Positions 9,616 to 19,447 are shown, counted from the first letter of the stretch. The stretch: 64,000 bases of DNA from Patescibacteria group bacterium (GCA_038065415.1 JBBTRA010000005.1:8079-72078), one strand, 5' to 3'. The notes: generated by a model from the letters alone, not told the origin. Made by a program: numbers and translations.

Positions 9616-10536
9616 ATGCACAAACTCCTTCTTCTTATCACTATACTTCTTGTTCCGCATGCTGCTTTTGCAGCTGTGATCTCTTTTGATCCACAGGAGA
9701 CCACGGTAGGGATGAGTACACCGTTCTTGGTCGGCATCACTATCGATTCAGACACACCCGTCAACACCATCCGTGGCGTCATCGATGTGCCCGAATCTAT
9801 GGAGGTGGTCGATGCGTCGGATGGAAATTCAATCATCAATCTTTGGATCGAACGTCCATATATCAACGATGCACGCCAACTGGTATTCTCAGGCATCGTT
9901 CCGGGTGGATTCGAGGGGTATCGCGGCAAGCTTCTTACACTCACCATCCAGGCAAAAAGGGAAGGTGTCGCCCGCTTCATCGTCAATCCGTCTTCACGCA
10001 TATATAAGAATGATGAATCCGCATCACCACAGCCCATAATATCGCGCCCGCTCGATCTCCGGGTGTCGGCAGGAAGGGATAATATATCGAATGAGATTCC
10101 TGATACCGCTTTGCCAGAACGATTCATGCCGGTGGTCGCTCTCATACCCGATGGGTCATCAGACACTCAGGCGACCTCGTCGATCGAGTCTGGACACTGG
10201 GCGGTCTCTTTTGTGGCTCAGGACAAAGGATCGGGCATCGCCGGGTATGCAGTAGCTGAATCCTTCTCCAGGATCGAACCTGCAGATGAACGGAAAGTTC
10301 GTCGGCTGTCCTGGAGAGATGCAGAGAGTCCGTATGTATTGGCAGATCAGAGACTTTCTTCGTATGTGTATGTGAAGGCGATCGACAAGGAGGGGAATGT
10401 CCGTATCGAACGCCTCGATCCTCAACAGCCACGCCCGTGGTATAGAACGGCGTTAGGTTATATACTTATAGCACTTATAGCTCTCATCATCCTCAATGCA
10501 CTCCGTACCCGCATCAATATCAGCCGAAGGAAATAG
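9616..10536 (+). CDS. Cohesin-domain protein, C-terminally membrane-anchored
   Basis: Signal peptide MHKLLLLITILLVPHAAFA. Start taken at ATG 9616, just after the stop of the previous gene; the ORF track's 9457 start overlaps that gene. Cohesin-like beta-sandwich segment 'ISFDPQETTVGMSTPFLVGITIDSDTPVNTIRGVIDVPESMEVVDASDGNSIINLWIERPY…'. C-terminal TM 'LGYILIALIALIILNAL'. Confidence 0.55.
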   Translation: MHKLLLLITILLVPHAAFAAVISFDPQETTVGMSTPFLVGITIDSDTPVNTIRGVIDVPESMEVVDASDGNSIINLWIERPYINDARQLVFSGIVPGGFEGYRGKLLTLTIQAKREGVARFIVNPSSRIYKNDESASPQPIISRPLDLRVSAGRDNISNEIPDTALPERFMPVVALIPDGSSDTQATSSIESGHWAVSFVAQDKGSGIAGYAVAESFSRIEPADERKVRRLSWRDAESPYVLADQRLSSYVYVKAIDKEGNVRIERLDPQQPRPWYRTALGYILIALIALIILNALRTRINISRRK

Positions 10537-11947
10537 GTCATCTATCAGTGCACTCCTCCGTCTCGTGGTGGGGGGTCTATGTGCTCTCATCATCGTCCTT
10601 AGCGGGTTTGTCCAAGCTGACGCCGCCACACTCACACTTTCCCCGGTGACGGGGGCTGATTCATATGGTGTCGGTACACTCTTTTCAGTGAATGTCATAG
10701 TTTCGACATCACAAGCGGAGTCCATGAATGCAGTCTCGGGCACAGTCTTGTACCCAAAAAATCTGCTCGAGCTAGTATCTGTCGATAAGATTGGGAGCAT
10801 CATCAATTTTTGGATTGGCGAACCAGTGTATTCCAATGCTACCGGTCAAGCTCAGTTTGAGGGAGGAGTATATAATCCAGGATTCACCGGAGCTCAGGGC
10901 AAGATTGTAACCATGCTCTTCAGAGCCAAGGCCGCAGGTACTGCGGACATATCATTTGAAAATGCATCCATTTTGGCCAATGATGGTTTGGGTACCAACA
11001 TACTCTCACAGAGTAAGCCTGTGCGTCTTTCGATCCGGGCTGCCGTCCAAGAACCGCGCATAGAGCCTGGCGTGACTATCGCTGTCCGTTCTGCGACGCA
11101 TCCTGATCAGTCTGTGTGGTATGCCTCGAACATGGCGCTATTCACCTGGACGGTACCCGCGGGTGTGACGGCGATTCGTACGAGTTATGATCAGAACTCG
11201 CAGTCGACACCAACCCAGTCGCAGAGCATCGATACTCCCGAGACGACAGTTACTCTGACGGATGGGACGTGGTATTTCCATATTCAAGGCCGTGATGCAA
11301 AAGGATGGGGTCCCGTAACTCATTATCGTGTGCAGATCGACATGAGTGCGGTCAATCCTCCGGTGTTCGATCGATTCCCCGCACTCCTTACCGAAGGTGA
11401 TGTATTGCTCATATCAGGATCGGCAGTGAAGAACTCTACGGTAAAACTCTATCTTCGAGGGGGTTCTGGTTATGCAGCTGAACAGAGTACTCGCACGGGT
11501 GAAGATGGTAGATTCCAGGCGGTCTGGAATGCACAGCTCGAAAATGACACCTATGCTCTCAGTGCTGATGTCACAACTTCTCGCGGCCTGATCAGCAAGC
11601 GCAGTGCAGATCGTCCGATCATGGTCCAACCGACGACACTCGAACGTGTCACCAAGCCTGTTCTCAACTACGCACTCATATTCGCTGTCCTTGTAGGTAT
11701 AGCCTTCCTCTGTGCGCTTTGGACTTGGTATCTCTTGCATGGGTTCGGTCGTTTCCGTAAGAAGATCAAGGCAGATGTCAGGAAGACCAACCAGCTCATC
11801 CATGTCGAGTTCAAGAAATTGCTCGAACGCGCACATAGCAGGCGTAAGTTGACAGCAGAAGAGGAGAGGATGATGTCGATCATACGGGAGAATATTCATG
11901 AAGCAGAAGAAGAGATTGAGAAGGATGTGAAGGAAATAGGGCAGTAA
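10496..11947 (+). CDS. Cohesin-domain protein, C-terminally membrane-anchored (paralog)
   Basis: Segment 'LTLSPVTGADSYGVGTLFSVNVIVSTSQAESMNAVSGTVLYPKNLLELVSVDKIGSIINFWIGEPVY' is paralogous to the 9616 and 25086 proteins. C-terminal TM 'ALIFAVLVGIAFLCALWTWYLL' is followed by a charged cytoplasmic tail. The true start may be the GTG at about 10564. Confidence 0.5.
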   Translation: MHSVPASISAEGNRSSISALLRLVVGGLCALIIVLSGFVQADAATLTLSPVTGADSYGVGTLFSVNVIVSTSQAESMNAVSGTVLYPKNLLELVSVDKIGSIINFWIGEPVYSNATGQAQFEGGVYNPGFTGAQGKIVTMLFRAKAAGTADISFENASILANDGLGTNILSQSKPVRLSIRAAVQEPRIEPGVTIAVRSATHPDQSVWYASNMALFTWTVPAGVTAIRTSYDQNSQSTPTQSQSIDTPETTVTLTDGTWYFHIQGRDAKGWGPVTHYRVQIDMSAVNPPVFDRFPALLTEGDVLLISGSAVKNSTVKLYLRGGSGYAAEQSTRTGEDGRFQAVWNAQLENDTYALSADVTTSRGLISKRSADRPIMVQPTTLERVTKPVLNYALIFAVLVGIAFLCALWTWYLLHGFGRFRKKIKADVRKTNQLIHVEFKKLLERAHSRRKLTAEEERMMSIIRENIHEAEEEIEKDVKEIGQ

Positions 11948-12000
11948 AAAACATAATCTAGCAAGTAGACATTGCAAAACCGTTCACATACAATAGCTTC

Positions 12001-13812
12001 ATGAAACGACGGGCGCGCCCGCAGAATGGCAGACATGGAAGCACCAAGGCGAAGAAACATTCGCAGCGCATATTGAAGCCCCACCACAAATACATATTCG
12101 TCGTCGGAGGTGTCATGTCCGGCGTGGGTAAGGGCGTGGCCACTTCGTCTATCGGTACACTCTTGGCCGCAAAAGGTTGGACGGTCAATCTTGCGAAGGT
12201 AGATCCATATCTCAATGTGGATGCCGGTACTATGAACCCGACCGAGCACGGGGAAGTCTTCGTGCTCGACAATGGTCTCGAGACTGATCAGGACATGGGC
12301 AACTATGAGCGCTTCCTCAACCGCGACCTGACGGGCGATGACTACATCACCAGCGGCATGGTCTACAAGCATGTGATCGAGAAGGAGCGTGCTCTCGGCT
12401 ATGGCGGCAAATGTGTTGAGGCCATACCTCATATCCGCGATGAGATCGTCAGACGTTTTGAACACAGTGCCAAGGTCAACAAATCCGACATCTCTATCAT
12501 CGAGATTGGGGGAACGGTGGGCGACTACCAGAACATCATGTTCATAGAAGCGGCTCGTGTGCTCAAGATCCGTCATCCCAATGATGTGATCTTTATTATG
12601 GTCTCGTATCTACCAGTGCCGGGTACGCTGGGTGAGATGAAGACTCGTCCGACCCAGAATGCCGTGCATCAGTTGGCTTCATATGGCGTGACTGCAGACA
12701 TCATCATCGCCCGTGCAGATATGCCGCTCGATGATCGCCGCAAAGAGAAGATCGCAGTCGCATGCAATCTTCCCGCAAAGAGAGTCATCTCGGCTCCTGA
12801 TATCGAGAGCATCTATGATGTGCCGATCAATTTTGAACGCGACCGTCTCGGTGATATTGTGCTCGAGGCTTTGAATGTGCCGTTCGGCGAGCGCTCGGGT
12901 GCGCTCAAGGATGAACCGCTCATCTCCATGGATGCATGGAAGAAGATGACCAAAGGTATCAAGAACTATGTCGATAAGCCACTCAAGATAGCAATCGTGG
13001 GAAAATATTTTAATACAGGAGATTTCGTGCTGACAGATGCATATATCTCAGTCTTGGAAGCAATCAAATTTTCGGGATATGCGGCACAGGTGAAGCCAAT
13101 CATTCATACTGTCAATGCGAGAGACTTCGAAAAGGGGTCTGTTGGCGATGCTGCATATGCCAAGCTCGACGAGATGGATGGGGTCATCGTTCCGGGTGGA
13201 TTTGGCGAGAGCGGTATCGAAGGTAAGCTCAATGTGATCAGATATTGCCGCGAAAACAAGATACCGTATTTCGGCCTTTGTTATGGTATGCAACTCATGA
13301 CTATCGAGTACGCCCGCAATGTACTTGGGCTCGCCGGTGCACACACAGCGGAAATAGACCCGAAGTCGCCGCATCTCATTATCGATATCATGCCCGATCA
13401 AAAGAAGAAGATTGCTACGGGAGACTACGGGGGCTCGATGCGTCTCGGTTTGTATCCTGCCAAGTTGACCAAAGGATCGGTTGCACAGGAGGCGTATTCA
13501 CAGTTTGCTGGCAAGCCGCTTCCGCGCCCGACGACGGTCATCAGGGAACGACATCGCCATCGCTATGAGGTCAATCCGAAGTATATCGATCGTATCGAAA
13601 AGGGAGGACTCGTATTCTCGGGCAAGTCTCCTGATGGAACCCTCATGGAGATTGCTGAGTTGCCGCGCACAGAACATCCGTTTTTCCTGGGCACCCAGTT
13701 TCACCCAGAATTCCTCGCTCGACCACTCATGCCACATCCGTTGTTCACCGAATTTTTGAAGGCAGCAAAGATAAAAAAGGGGAAGGTGGTTGTTACAGAA
13801 AATATCGGGTAA
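12001..13812 (+). CDS. pyrG: CTP synthase
   Basis: Canonical N-terminal synthetase motifs 'KYIFVVGGVMSGVGKGV…NVDAGTMNPTEHGEVFVLDNGLETDQDMGNYERFL'. C-terminal class-I glutamine amidotransferase domain with catalytic Cys in 'GLCYGMQ' and the GATase 'HPEF' motif. Unusual ~30-aa basic N-terminal extension; a TTG at ~12072 is an alternative start. Confidence 0.9.
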   Translation: MKRRARPQNGRHGSTKAKKHSQRILKPHHKYIFVVGGVMSGVGKGVATSSIGTLLAAKGWTVNLAKVDPYLNVDAGTMNPTEHGEVFVLDNGLETDQDMGNYERFLNRDLTGDDYITSGMVYKHVIEKERALGYGGKCVEAIPHIRDEIVRRFEHSAKVNKSDISIIEIGGTVGDYQNIMFIEAARVLKIRHPNDVIFIMVSYLPVPGTLGEMKTRPTQNAVHQLASYGVTADIIIARADMPLDDRRKEKIAVACNLPAKRVISAPDIESIYDVPINFERDRLGDIVLEALNVPFGERSGALKDEPLISMDAWKKMTKGIKNYVDKPLKIAIVGKYFNTGDFVLTDAYISVLEAIKFSGYAAQVKPIIHTVNARDFEKGSVGDAAYAKLDEMDGVIVPGGFGESGIEGKLNVIRYCRENKIPYFGLCYGMQLMTIEYARNVLGLAGAHTAEIDPKSPHLIIDIMPDQKKKIATGDYGGSMRLGLYPAKLTKGSVAQEAYSQFAGKPLPRPTTVIRERHRHRYEVNPKYIDRIEKGGLVFSGKSPDGTLMEIAELPRTEHPFFLGTQFHPEFLARPLMPHPLFTEFLKAAKIKKGKVVVTENIG

Positions 13813-13840
13813 TGCTATAGGCGTGTGCTAGAATACTCGC

Positions 13841-14722
13841 ATGACATCAGTCGGTATAGGAATACTTCTCTCGATCGTCGCGATGCTCTCATGGGGATTC
13901 GGCGATTTTTTGATCCAGAAGAATACCCGCAAGATAGGTAATTGGGAGACTCTCTTTTTCATAACATTTTTTGGTGCGGTGGTTCTGTTACCATTTTGTT
14001 TCAGGGAAGTCATCGCAGTACTCAGTGATCTGGGTAATGGCGGGATGACCCTACTTATTGCATGCGTCACTCTCTTTATTGCAGCAATTGTCGACTTCGA
14101 GGCTTTGAGACAGGGTAAGCTGGCGGTGATTGAACCAGTGTGGTCTTTTGAAATTCCTGTCACTTCAGCGTTGGCATTCTTTATTTTGGGTGAAAAGGTG
14201 ACAGTGCTCGAACTTATCTTGGTCGCCTTGTTGGTCGTTTTCCTCATACTTGTCTCATTCAATCAGAATAGATTTTCCAAGAAGTTTCTTCTCGAAAAAG
14301 GAGTCGTGCTCGCATTTGTCGGGGCGCTATTCATGGGGTCTGCGAACTTCTTCGTGGGATGGGGTGCGCGCCTCACAGATCCGGTCACCATCAACTTTAT
14401 CGTCGATGCATTCTTGATGCTTATTTGTCTGGCGGTATTGTTGTTTCGAGGCAATTACAAGAAGACGGTGTCTGATATGAAGAATAATCTCGGAACTTTG
14501 TTGCCTATGTCGATCGCAGACAAAGTCGCCTGGCTCGCATTTGCAGGAGCGATGGTGCTTGCGCCGATAGCGATATCGACAGCACTCAGTCAAAGCTACA
14601 TCATTATCGCGGTTATCCTCGGTATGACTATCAACAAGGAGAAGCTCTATCGTCATCAATGGCTGGGTATGTTCGGCGCCATTGCAACCGCTATTGCGTT
14701 GGCACTTATCACCTCTCACTAA
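13841..14722 (+). CDS. DMT-superfamily (EamA-like) transporter
   Basis: Ten predicted TM helices. Two EamA-type halves. The start 'MLSWGFGDFLIQKNTRKIG' is typical of the family. Confidence 0.65.
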   Translation: MTSVGIGILLSIVAMLSWGFGDFLIQKNTRKIGNWETLFFITFFGAVVLLPFCFREVIAVLSDLGNGGMTLLIACVTLFIAAIVDFEALRQGKLAVIEPVWSFEIPVTSALAFFILGEKVTVLELILVALLVVFLILVSFNQNRFSKKFLLEKGVVLAFVGALFMGSANFFVGWGARLTDPVTINFIVDAFLMLICLAVLLFRGNYKKTVSDMKNNLGTLLPMSIADKVAWLAFAGAMVLAPIAISTALSQSYIIIAVILGMTINKEKLYRHQWLGMFGAIATAIALALITSH

Positions 14723-14748
14723 AAAACCCGCTCAGGTGAGCGAGTTCG
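14723..14748 (-). terminator. Rho-independent terminator for the minus-strand gene 14766-15392
   Basis: The hairpin CGCTCAcctgAGCG reads on the minus strand as a stem followed by TTTTTT. It sits between convergent genes. Confidence 0.4.
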
Positions 14749-14765
14749 GTTCATTCAGGGCTTCT

Positions 14766-15392
14766 TCAGATATCCTTCCAGAGAAAGACCTCTTTCTTTT
14801 TCTTCACGGCGTCGAGGTGGATATAGCCTTCAGGATTGTACAGCTCTGGGCCGATGACGCAGTGCATCCGGTAACGGTGATATATGTCCGTGAGTCCGAG
14901 GCGCTTGTCTGAAGGCGTGGGTGGCGATGTCTCCCAGGTGCTGCCTTGCCACTTGGAGAGCTCGTAGAGGGAGGTGTCACACCAGTCGAGCTCTTCGCGG
15001 AGGCCGCGCTCTATTGCCGTGCGCCCGTTCTCGATCCGACCGTCCCAATACCTCTGCATGGTCTCGCCGAGAGACCCTTCGAACGGCCTGCTCTTGTAGT
15101 GGACACGTCCTAGGTGCGCACTGTCGAGGTTGAGCTGGTAGGCCTCATAGAGCTCATGCATGCGCTCGTCAATGTATCCGATGTAGGGTACGGCGACCAT
15201 GATGTGGAGCGTGAGGCGGCCATTCTCCCAGTGGAGTGTTACGGCTTCCTCGCGAATCATAGTCAAGAAGTCTTCCAAGGCGCCATTCTCGGTCTGGGGC
15301 CACTTGTGCACGGGTATCCGTGCTTTGACGAGAGCTGCGGGTATGTCTGCGACACCGATTCCGGGTGAACTGACAGGTATCAATATGTCCAT
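14766..15392 (-). CDS. Conserved hypothetical protein (function unknown)
   Basis: Start set at ATG 15392 (MDILIPVSS…). The ORF-track extension to 15593 runs antisense across the tRNA-Gln gene and is rejected. No diagnostic motif was recognised. Confidence 0.45.
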   Translation of the reverse strand: MDILIPVSSPGIGVADIPAALVKARIPVHKWPQTENGALEDFLTMIREEAVTLHWENGRLTLHIMVAVPYIGYIDERMHELYEAYQLNLDSAHLGRVHYKSRPFEGSLGETMQRYWDGRIENGRTAIERGLREELDWCDTSLYELSKWQGSTWETSPPTPSDKRLGLTDIYHRYRMHCVIGPELYNPEGYIHLDAVKKKKEVFLWKDI

Positions 15393-15501
15393 ATGTCGAT
15401 CCTTTGGTTGTGCGTTGTGCCTGCGTTTGCTTGTTTTATACTCTTTTTTGGGGTATTCTGCAAGGTACGCCGTTTCGGGCTTTTTTACATATATAGATAT
15501 T

Positions 15502-15570
15502 GCGGGATCGTCTAATGGTAGGACACAGCTCTCTGAAAGCTGGTATCTTGGTTCGAGTCCAAGTCCCGCA
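15502..15570 (+). tRNA. tRNA-Gln (anticodon CTG)
   Basis: Cloverleaf folded by hand. Acceptor GCGGGAT pairs with GTCCCGC, with discriminator A. D-arm TCT/GGA. Anticodon stem CAGCT/AGCTG with loop CTCTGAA, giving anticodon CUG. T-arm CTTGG-TTCGAGT-CCAAG. No CCA is encoded. Confidence 0.8.
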
Positions 15571-15993
15571 GCACGTAGACAAAGTTCGAACATGAACTAG
15601 GCATGCCCACATGCTGCAGTCACTCAGAATCGAATCTATTTAGATACTTTTCTGGTCTTTATCCTCTCATTCATTCTCATCATTTTGGCTATGTACGTCA
15701 CCTTGCGGTATATCGCTCCAAGCCCTTTCATCATGGCTTCTATTTGGCTCATGATCTCTATTGGAGATGCGTCGCTGGGAATGTAAGACATCGTTTGTGT
15801 TGTTTACCCGCTCGCAGTTCGACTAGCTCTGCGAGCACAGCTCGTGCGGTGATATGGGCTGTGCGGGAGATAGTGTATTCTGTAGAAGAGGGGGATGGTA
15901 GACGGGTAGATTTGCCGGGAGTGGTAAGTTCACGAGTCTATGTACTTTCAGGAAAATAGGGTATAGAATCATCACTATTCACCAACCTCTAAA

Positions 15994-16887
15994 ATGATTC
16001 AATTTGCAACGAGTACAATAAATGCAATGGATTTGATTACACTCTCACAAAGTATTGCACAGCTTAATTTAGGCTATCTTGGAATATCGGTAGCTATTCT
16101 GGGTGTACTGGGCGGAGTGTTTGTTTATTTTAATATAAGACCTTTAAAAGAAACTCTGGAGAAGCAAGAAAAGAAGATTGAAGAATTAAAGAAAGAAGCA
16201 CAGGGTCTGTTAAAACAGTCTTTAGAACAATCCTCAGTAACCTTGGAAGCTTTTAAAAAACAACAGGTTGAACTGCTCTCGACAAGATTTAAACAGCAAG
16301 AACAAAATATTGCTCTTGAAACTACAAATAAGATTCAAGACTTGGAAAAAATACTTTTGATAACGATTGACAATGTGTCTGAAACTAAAGACACGAAACT
16401 AAGAGAGATTATATTGTCTAAGACCAATAACTTAATATCAGAAAAAGAGAAGGATTTAATAATGCAGATTACTAATACACGAGAATCTGTAACTAAGGAA
16501 ATTTCGCAAACCAACACAAGTATTGCGAGTTTGAGGGCACATTTTAAACAAGTTCACGAAAGAGTTAAGGAACTACAAGTTTATAAGTATAGCAAGGAAG
16601 GAAAAATGGGTGCCGTAATTTTTTCAACCGAGCTGCTCAAAGATGCAATCGACGATTATTTTAACTTGAGAAAGACCACGCCTTCTGTTGATAAGAATTT
16701 AGGTGGTTGGAAGATAGAGTTGAGATTAGATGAATTGTTGAAGGAAATTGGAGACAATATAATGGAGGGGGAATATGCGTCAGAAATCCTCGCTCAACTT
16801 GATAGGCTTATGAATGAAAAAATATTTGCGGATAAAATTGAAAATATCAGGAAGATGTGTAAGCTGGAAAAACATCCACGGCTGTAA
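15994..16887 (+). CDS. Membrane-anchored coiled-coil protein (island gene)
   Basis: N-terminal TM helix 'LGYLGISVAILGVLGGVFVYF', then about 250 aa of K/E/Q/L-rich heptad-like sequence. AT-rich codon usage differs from the flanking genes. Confidence 0.45.
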   Translation: MIQFATSTINAMDLITLSQSIAQLNLGYLGISVAILGVLGGVFVYFNIRPLKETLEKQEKKIEELKKEAQGLLKQSLEQSSVTLEAFKKQQVELLSTRFKQQEQNIALETTNKIQDLEKILLITIDNVSETKDTKLREIILSKTNNLISEKEKDLIMQITNTRESVTKEISQTNTSIASLRAHFKQVHERVKELQVYKYSKEGKMGAVIFSTELLKDAIDDYFNLRKTTPSVDKNLGGWKIELRLDELLKEIGDNIMEGEYASEILAQLDRLMNEKIFADKIENIRKMCKLEKHPRL

Positions 16888-16978
16888 ATTAAATCGCGTA
16901 GATGGTTAAACGAGAAGGTCCTGAAATATGGCCATTACTGTCTTAACTTTAAAACCCCTTCATTACTCGCGGCTCACC

Positions 16979-17416
16979 TCACTTTTTCCAATTGATTCCC
17001 GTGATGATAATAGAAGCCAGAACAATGAGTGGAACAGAAAGCATAAGTATAAAGGAAACAATAGTTGAACCGCCCCAGAAGTAAACTTGCCATCCAGAGA
17101 GGGTATTGTTCTGGGTTGAGAGTGCTGCAAGGGTGAGAGGGATAATGTAGGAAGCAATTCCGATGACGACCCAAGTATTGGTGAATTTTAGTGCACGTTC
17201 ACTCAGTTTATCTCCCAATATGGCAAAGAAAATATAGTCGACAACATAAGCAACAACGATAATACAACCCGATAGTGAAATATTCTGGTTGATGGATAGG
17301 GCCAGAAATAGAACGAGAATGGTGATCGTAAACTGAAGTCGAGTCTCAATCCTATCTATAAGCCTATCCTTACTTACTGTCATGTTGGTGATCTGGCTTA
17401 AAGAGAGTAGCTTCAA
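16979..17416 (-). CDS. Small polytopic membrane protein (island gene)
   Basis: Four predicted TM helices. The real start may be the internal ATG at 17383 (MTVSKD…). Confidence 0.4.
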   Translation of the reverse strand: MKLLSLSQITNMTVSKDRLIDRIETRLQFTITILVLFLALSINQNISLSGCIIVVAYVVDYIFFAILGDKLSERALKFTNTWVVIGIASYIIPLTLAALSTQNNTLSGWQVYFWGGSTIVSFILMLSVPLIVLASIIITGINWKK

Positions 17417-17537
17417 TCTCTGGATGTTTCTCGGCCATGCGGATAGCCTCCTTTACGGCATTAATATTGCGCTGACCTCGGGTCTTTCCAGGCATCTTTG
17501 TTGCGTCTACTACATTGTATATTACCCTCGGCTTCAT
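17370..17537 (-). CDS. Possible small protein (55 aa), unannotated
   Basis: ATG…TAA ORF 'MKPRVIYNVVDATKMPGKTRGQRNINAVKEAIRMAEKHPEIEATLFKPDHQHDSK', with GGAAG 12 nt upstream. It lies below the 60-aa track cut-off and its stop overlaps the start of the next minus-strand gene. Confidence 0.25.
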   Translation of the reverse strand: MKPRVIYNVVDATKMPGKTRGQRNINAVKEAIRMAEKHPEIEATLFKPDHQHDSK

Positions 17538-17776
17538 GCGCCTATTTTACTTCCTATGCGAAATAGTTGCCACTCCTGGCAAATCCACCCCTCTTCACTC
17601 AGTTCCACATATCATCGATACTACCGGAATGATATAACAGGAACCAATCAGACAAGGTGAAGGAAGGGGACATACAGACGCTTCGAAAGAAGTGGTAGAT
17701 TGCTCTTATCAATTTATCATTTGTATTGTATAATGTTCGAACGTCGTCCTTATAACCCAGCCAACTTGAGATAGGT

Positions 17777-18367
17777 TTGGAGTCCGAGAAGCATATTATG
17801 GACAGCGATATATATAAACAACAAATAGATTTCTACACTCTTGAGTTAGAGAAGATTGGGAAAATCCTTTCGGATCAGACTGCTGGAACAGGCACCTTGC
17901 TTACAATTGTCGGTCTCTTGTCTTTTCTCCCTCAGCTACTGATTACAAATAATGAATACATCTCATACTTTTTACTTTGGACATTTTGGATTCTAATAAT
18001 AGCTATTGCTACTTACTGGCCAGCTTCTCTCAGAGTTTCCTCAATTGTAAAAGGACACCCTTTTGCTAGCACTGGTTCATCATTGGAAATTGAAATTCTA
18101 AAAAACAGAAATGACTATTTTGATATAGTTTGGAAAAAGTCTGTTGAGAATCATGATGCTGTCCTATTTTGGAATAGTGTGAGTAAGTCCTTGCTGTATG
18201 CGTATTTATTCTCGCTCGTATCGAACTTTTATGTGTTCGTTTTCCATGGAACTCCAGATTTTTGTACTTCGTTGACACTACTCACAATCTCTGTAATTAT
18301 TGCTTTGCTTCTTTTTTGGATACCGCGAATGAAGTCACAGAAAGGTAGAGTTATAGGTGATAAATAA
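17777..18367 (+). CDS. Polytopic membrane protein (island gene)
   Basis: At least four hydrophobic helices. No recognisable domain. It is 114 nt upstream of the AlbA_2-like gene. Confidence 0.4.
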   Translation: MESEKHIMDSDIYKQQIDFYTLELEKIGKILSDQTAGTGTLLTIVGLLSFLPQLLITNNEYISYFLLWTFWILIIAIATYWPASLRVSSIVKGHPFASTGSSLEIEILKNRNDYFDIVWKKSVENHDAVLFWNSVSKSLLYAYLFSLVSNFYVFVFHGTPDFCTSLTLLTISVIIALLLFWIPRMKSQKGRVIGDK

Positions 18368-18481
18368 TCCATTCCGAGGAGCATCAAAGTGCTATAATTA
18401 GTTTCATCAAAATAACCTTGTGGGGTAAGGCATAGAAATGTCCGAATCCGATGAGGTCAGCACTTAAATTAAGTTATTACT

Positions 18482-19447
18482 ATGTCCCAAAGTTCGCAAA
18501 AAATTTATGAGAATTTACGTAGTATAGATGATGTTAATAGATTAATTGTAGAAAAAACAACAGAGGGATTGTATTTAGAATTCAAAGAAAAAAGTAATAA
18601 ATCACAACCAGATCTGAGTAACTCTGATAAAGAGAATTTTAGTGAAGCGTTATCTCAGTTTGCAAACTCAGACGGTGGAGTTTTAATTTTTGGAGTTAAA
18701 ACATCTAAGCCAAATGATTATGCTTCAGAATTATCTCCCATAATAAATCCGAAGGAGTTTCTTCATAGACTTTTAGATTTCGCATTGTATGCTGTACAAC
18801 CAAGTGTTGATGAGTTAGAAGGGAAAGTAATTGATAATGACGACAAGTCCGGATTTGTCATATTTCTGATACCTGCTAGTCTGAAGACTCCACATCGATC
18901 ACTTGTTACTAGGGAGTATCTTAAAAGAGGTCAAAATGGTAAATATAAAATGGAACATTTTGACCTTGAGGATATGTTCGGTAGAAGACAAAAACCATCT
19001 TTGTCTATCGAATTAATACCAGTTACTAAAAAGAAGTTATCACTTTTACATGAAGATAAAAGTGTAATTGGGTATTTAGGGTCACTTGAATATGATATTT
19101 TTATTCATAACGATGGTAGAGCTGTTGCAAAAAACTCACTTCTCATACTAACCTCGTCCAGTGATAAACTTGCAAAGTTCGAGGTAGTCCCTACACATGG
19201 TTCAGGTGCTGTTGTATCTAATATTTCAACCATTCGATTAGGGACGCCCACAGTTCAAATCTCTCTTGTAAATTCAATCTTTTACCCTACTGTAGCTGGA
19301 AGAATAGCAACACTTAAACTGAGAATAAGTATTTCTGATTTTGATTCTATGAATAATGTCCCAATTTCGTGGGCTGTGTATGCTGAAGATATGGCAAGTA
19401 AAATAGGTGTTGTTAATGTTGAATTCAAAAATCAAATCGAATTCTAA
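18482..19447 (+). CDS. AlbA_2 / Schlafen-like (divergent AAA-4 'putative DNA-binding') domain protein with an unknown beta-rich C-terminal domain
   Basis: The N-terminal ~130 aa carry the family hallmark 'TTEGLYLEFKEKS…' (E-x-x-x-L-E-F-K) followed by 'DGGVLIFGV'. The C-terminal 190 aa have no recognisable motif. Confidence 0.5.
   Translation: MSQSSQKIYENLRSIDDVNRLIVEKTTEGLYLEFKEKSNKSQPDLSNSDKENFSEALSQFANSDGGVLIFGVKTSKPNDYASELSPIINPKEFLHRLLDFALYAVQPSVDELEGKVIDNDDKSGFVIFLIPASLKTPHRSLVTREYLKRGQNGKYKMEHFDLEDMFGRRQKPSLSIELIPVTKKKLSLLHEDKSVIGYLGSLEYDIFIHNDGRAVAKNSLLILTSSSDKLAKFEVVPTHGSGAVVSNISTIRLGTPTVQISLVNSIFYPTVAGRIATLKLRISISDFDSMNNVPISWAVYAEDMASKIGVVNVEFKNQIEF

Noticed and set aside
9441-10166. 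241-aa minus-strand ORF
   Set aside because: It lies entirely antisense to the dockerin and cohesin genes, which have signal peptides and domain signatures. No start context.
11896-12576. 226-aa minus-strand ORF
   Set aside because: Antisense to the unmistakable pyrG coding sequence.
14766-15593. Track ORF extending the minus-strand gene to 15593
   Set aside because: Its first 67 codons are the antisense of tRNA-Gln (…GLGLEPRYQ…). The start was reset to ATG 15392.
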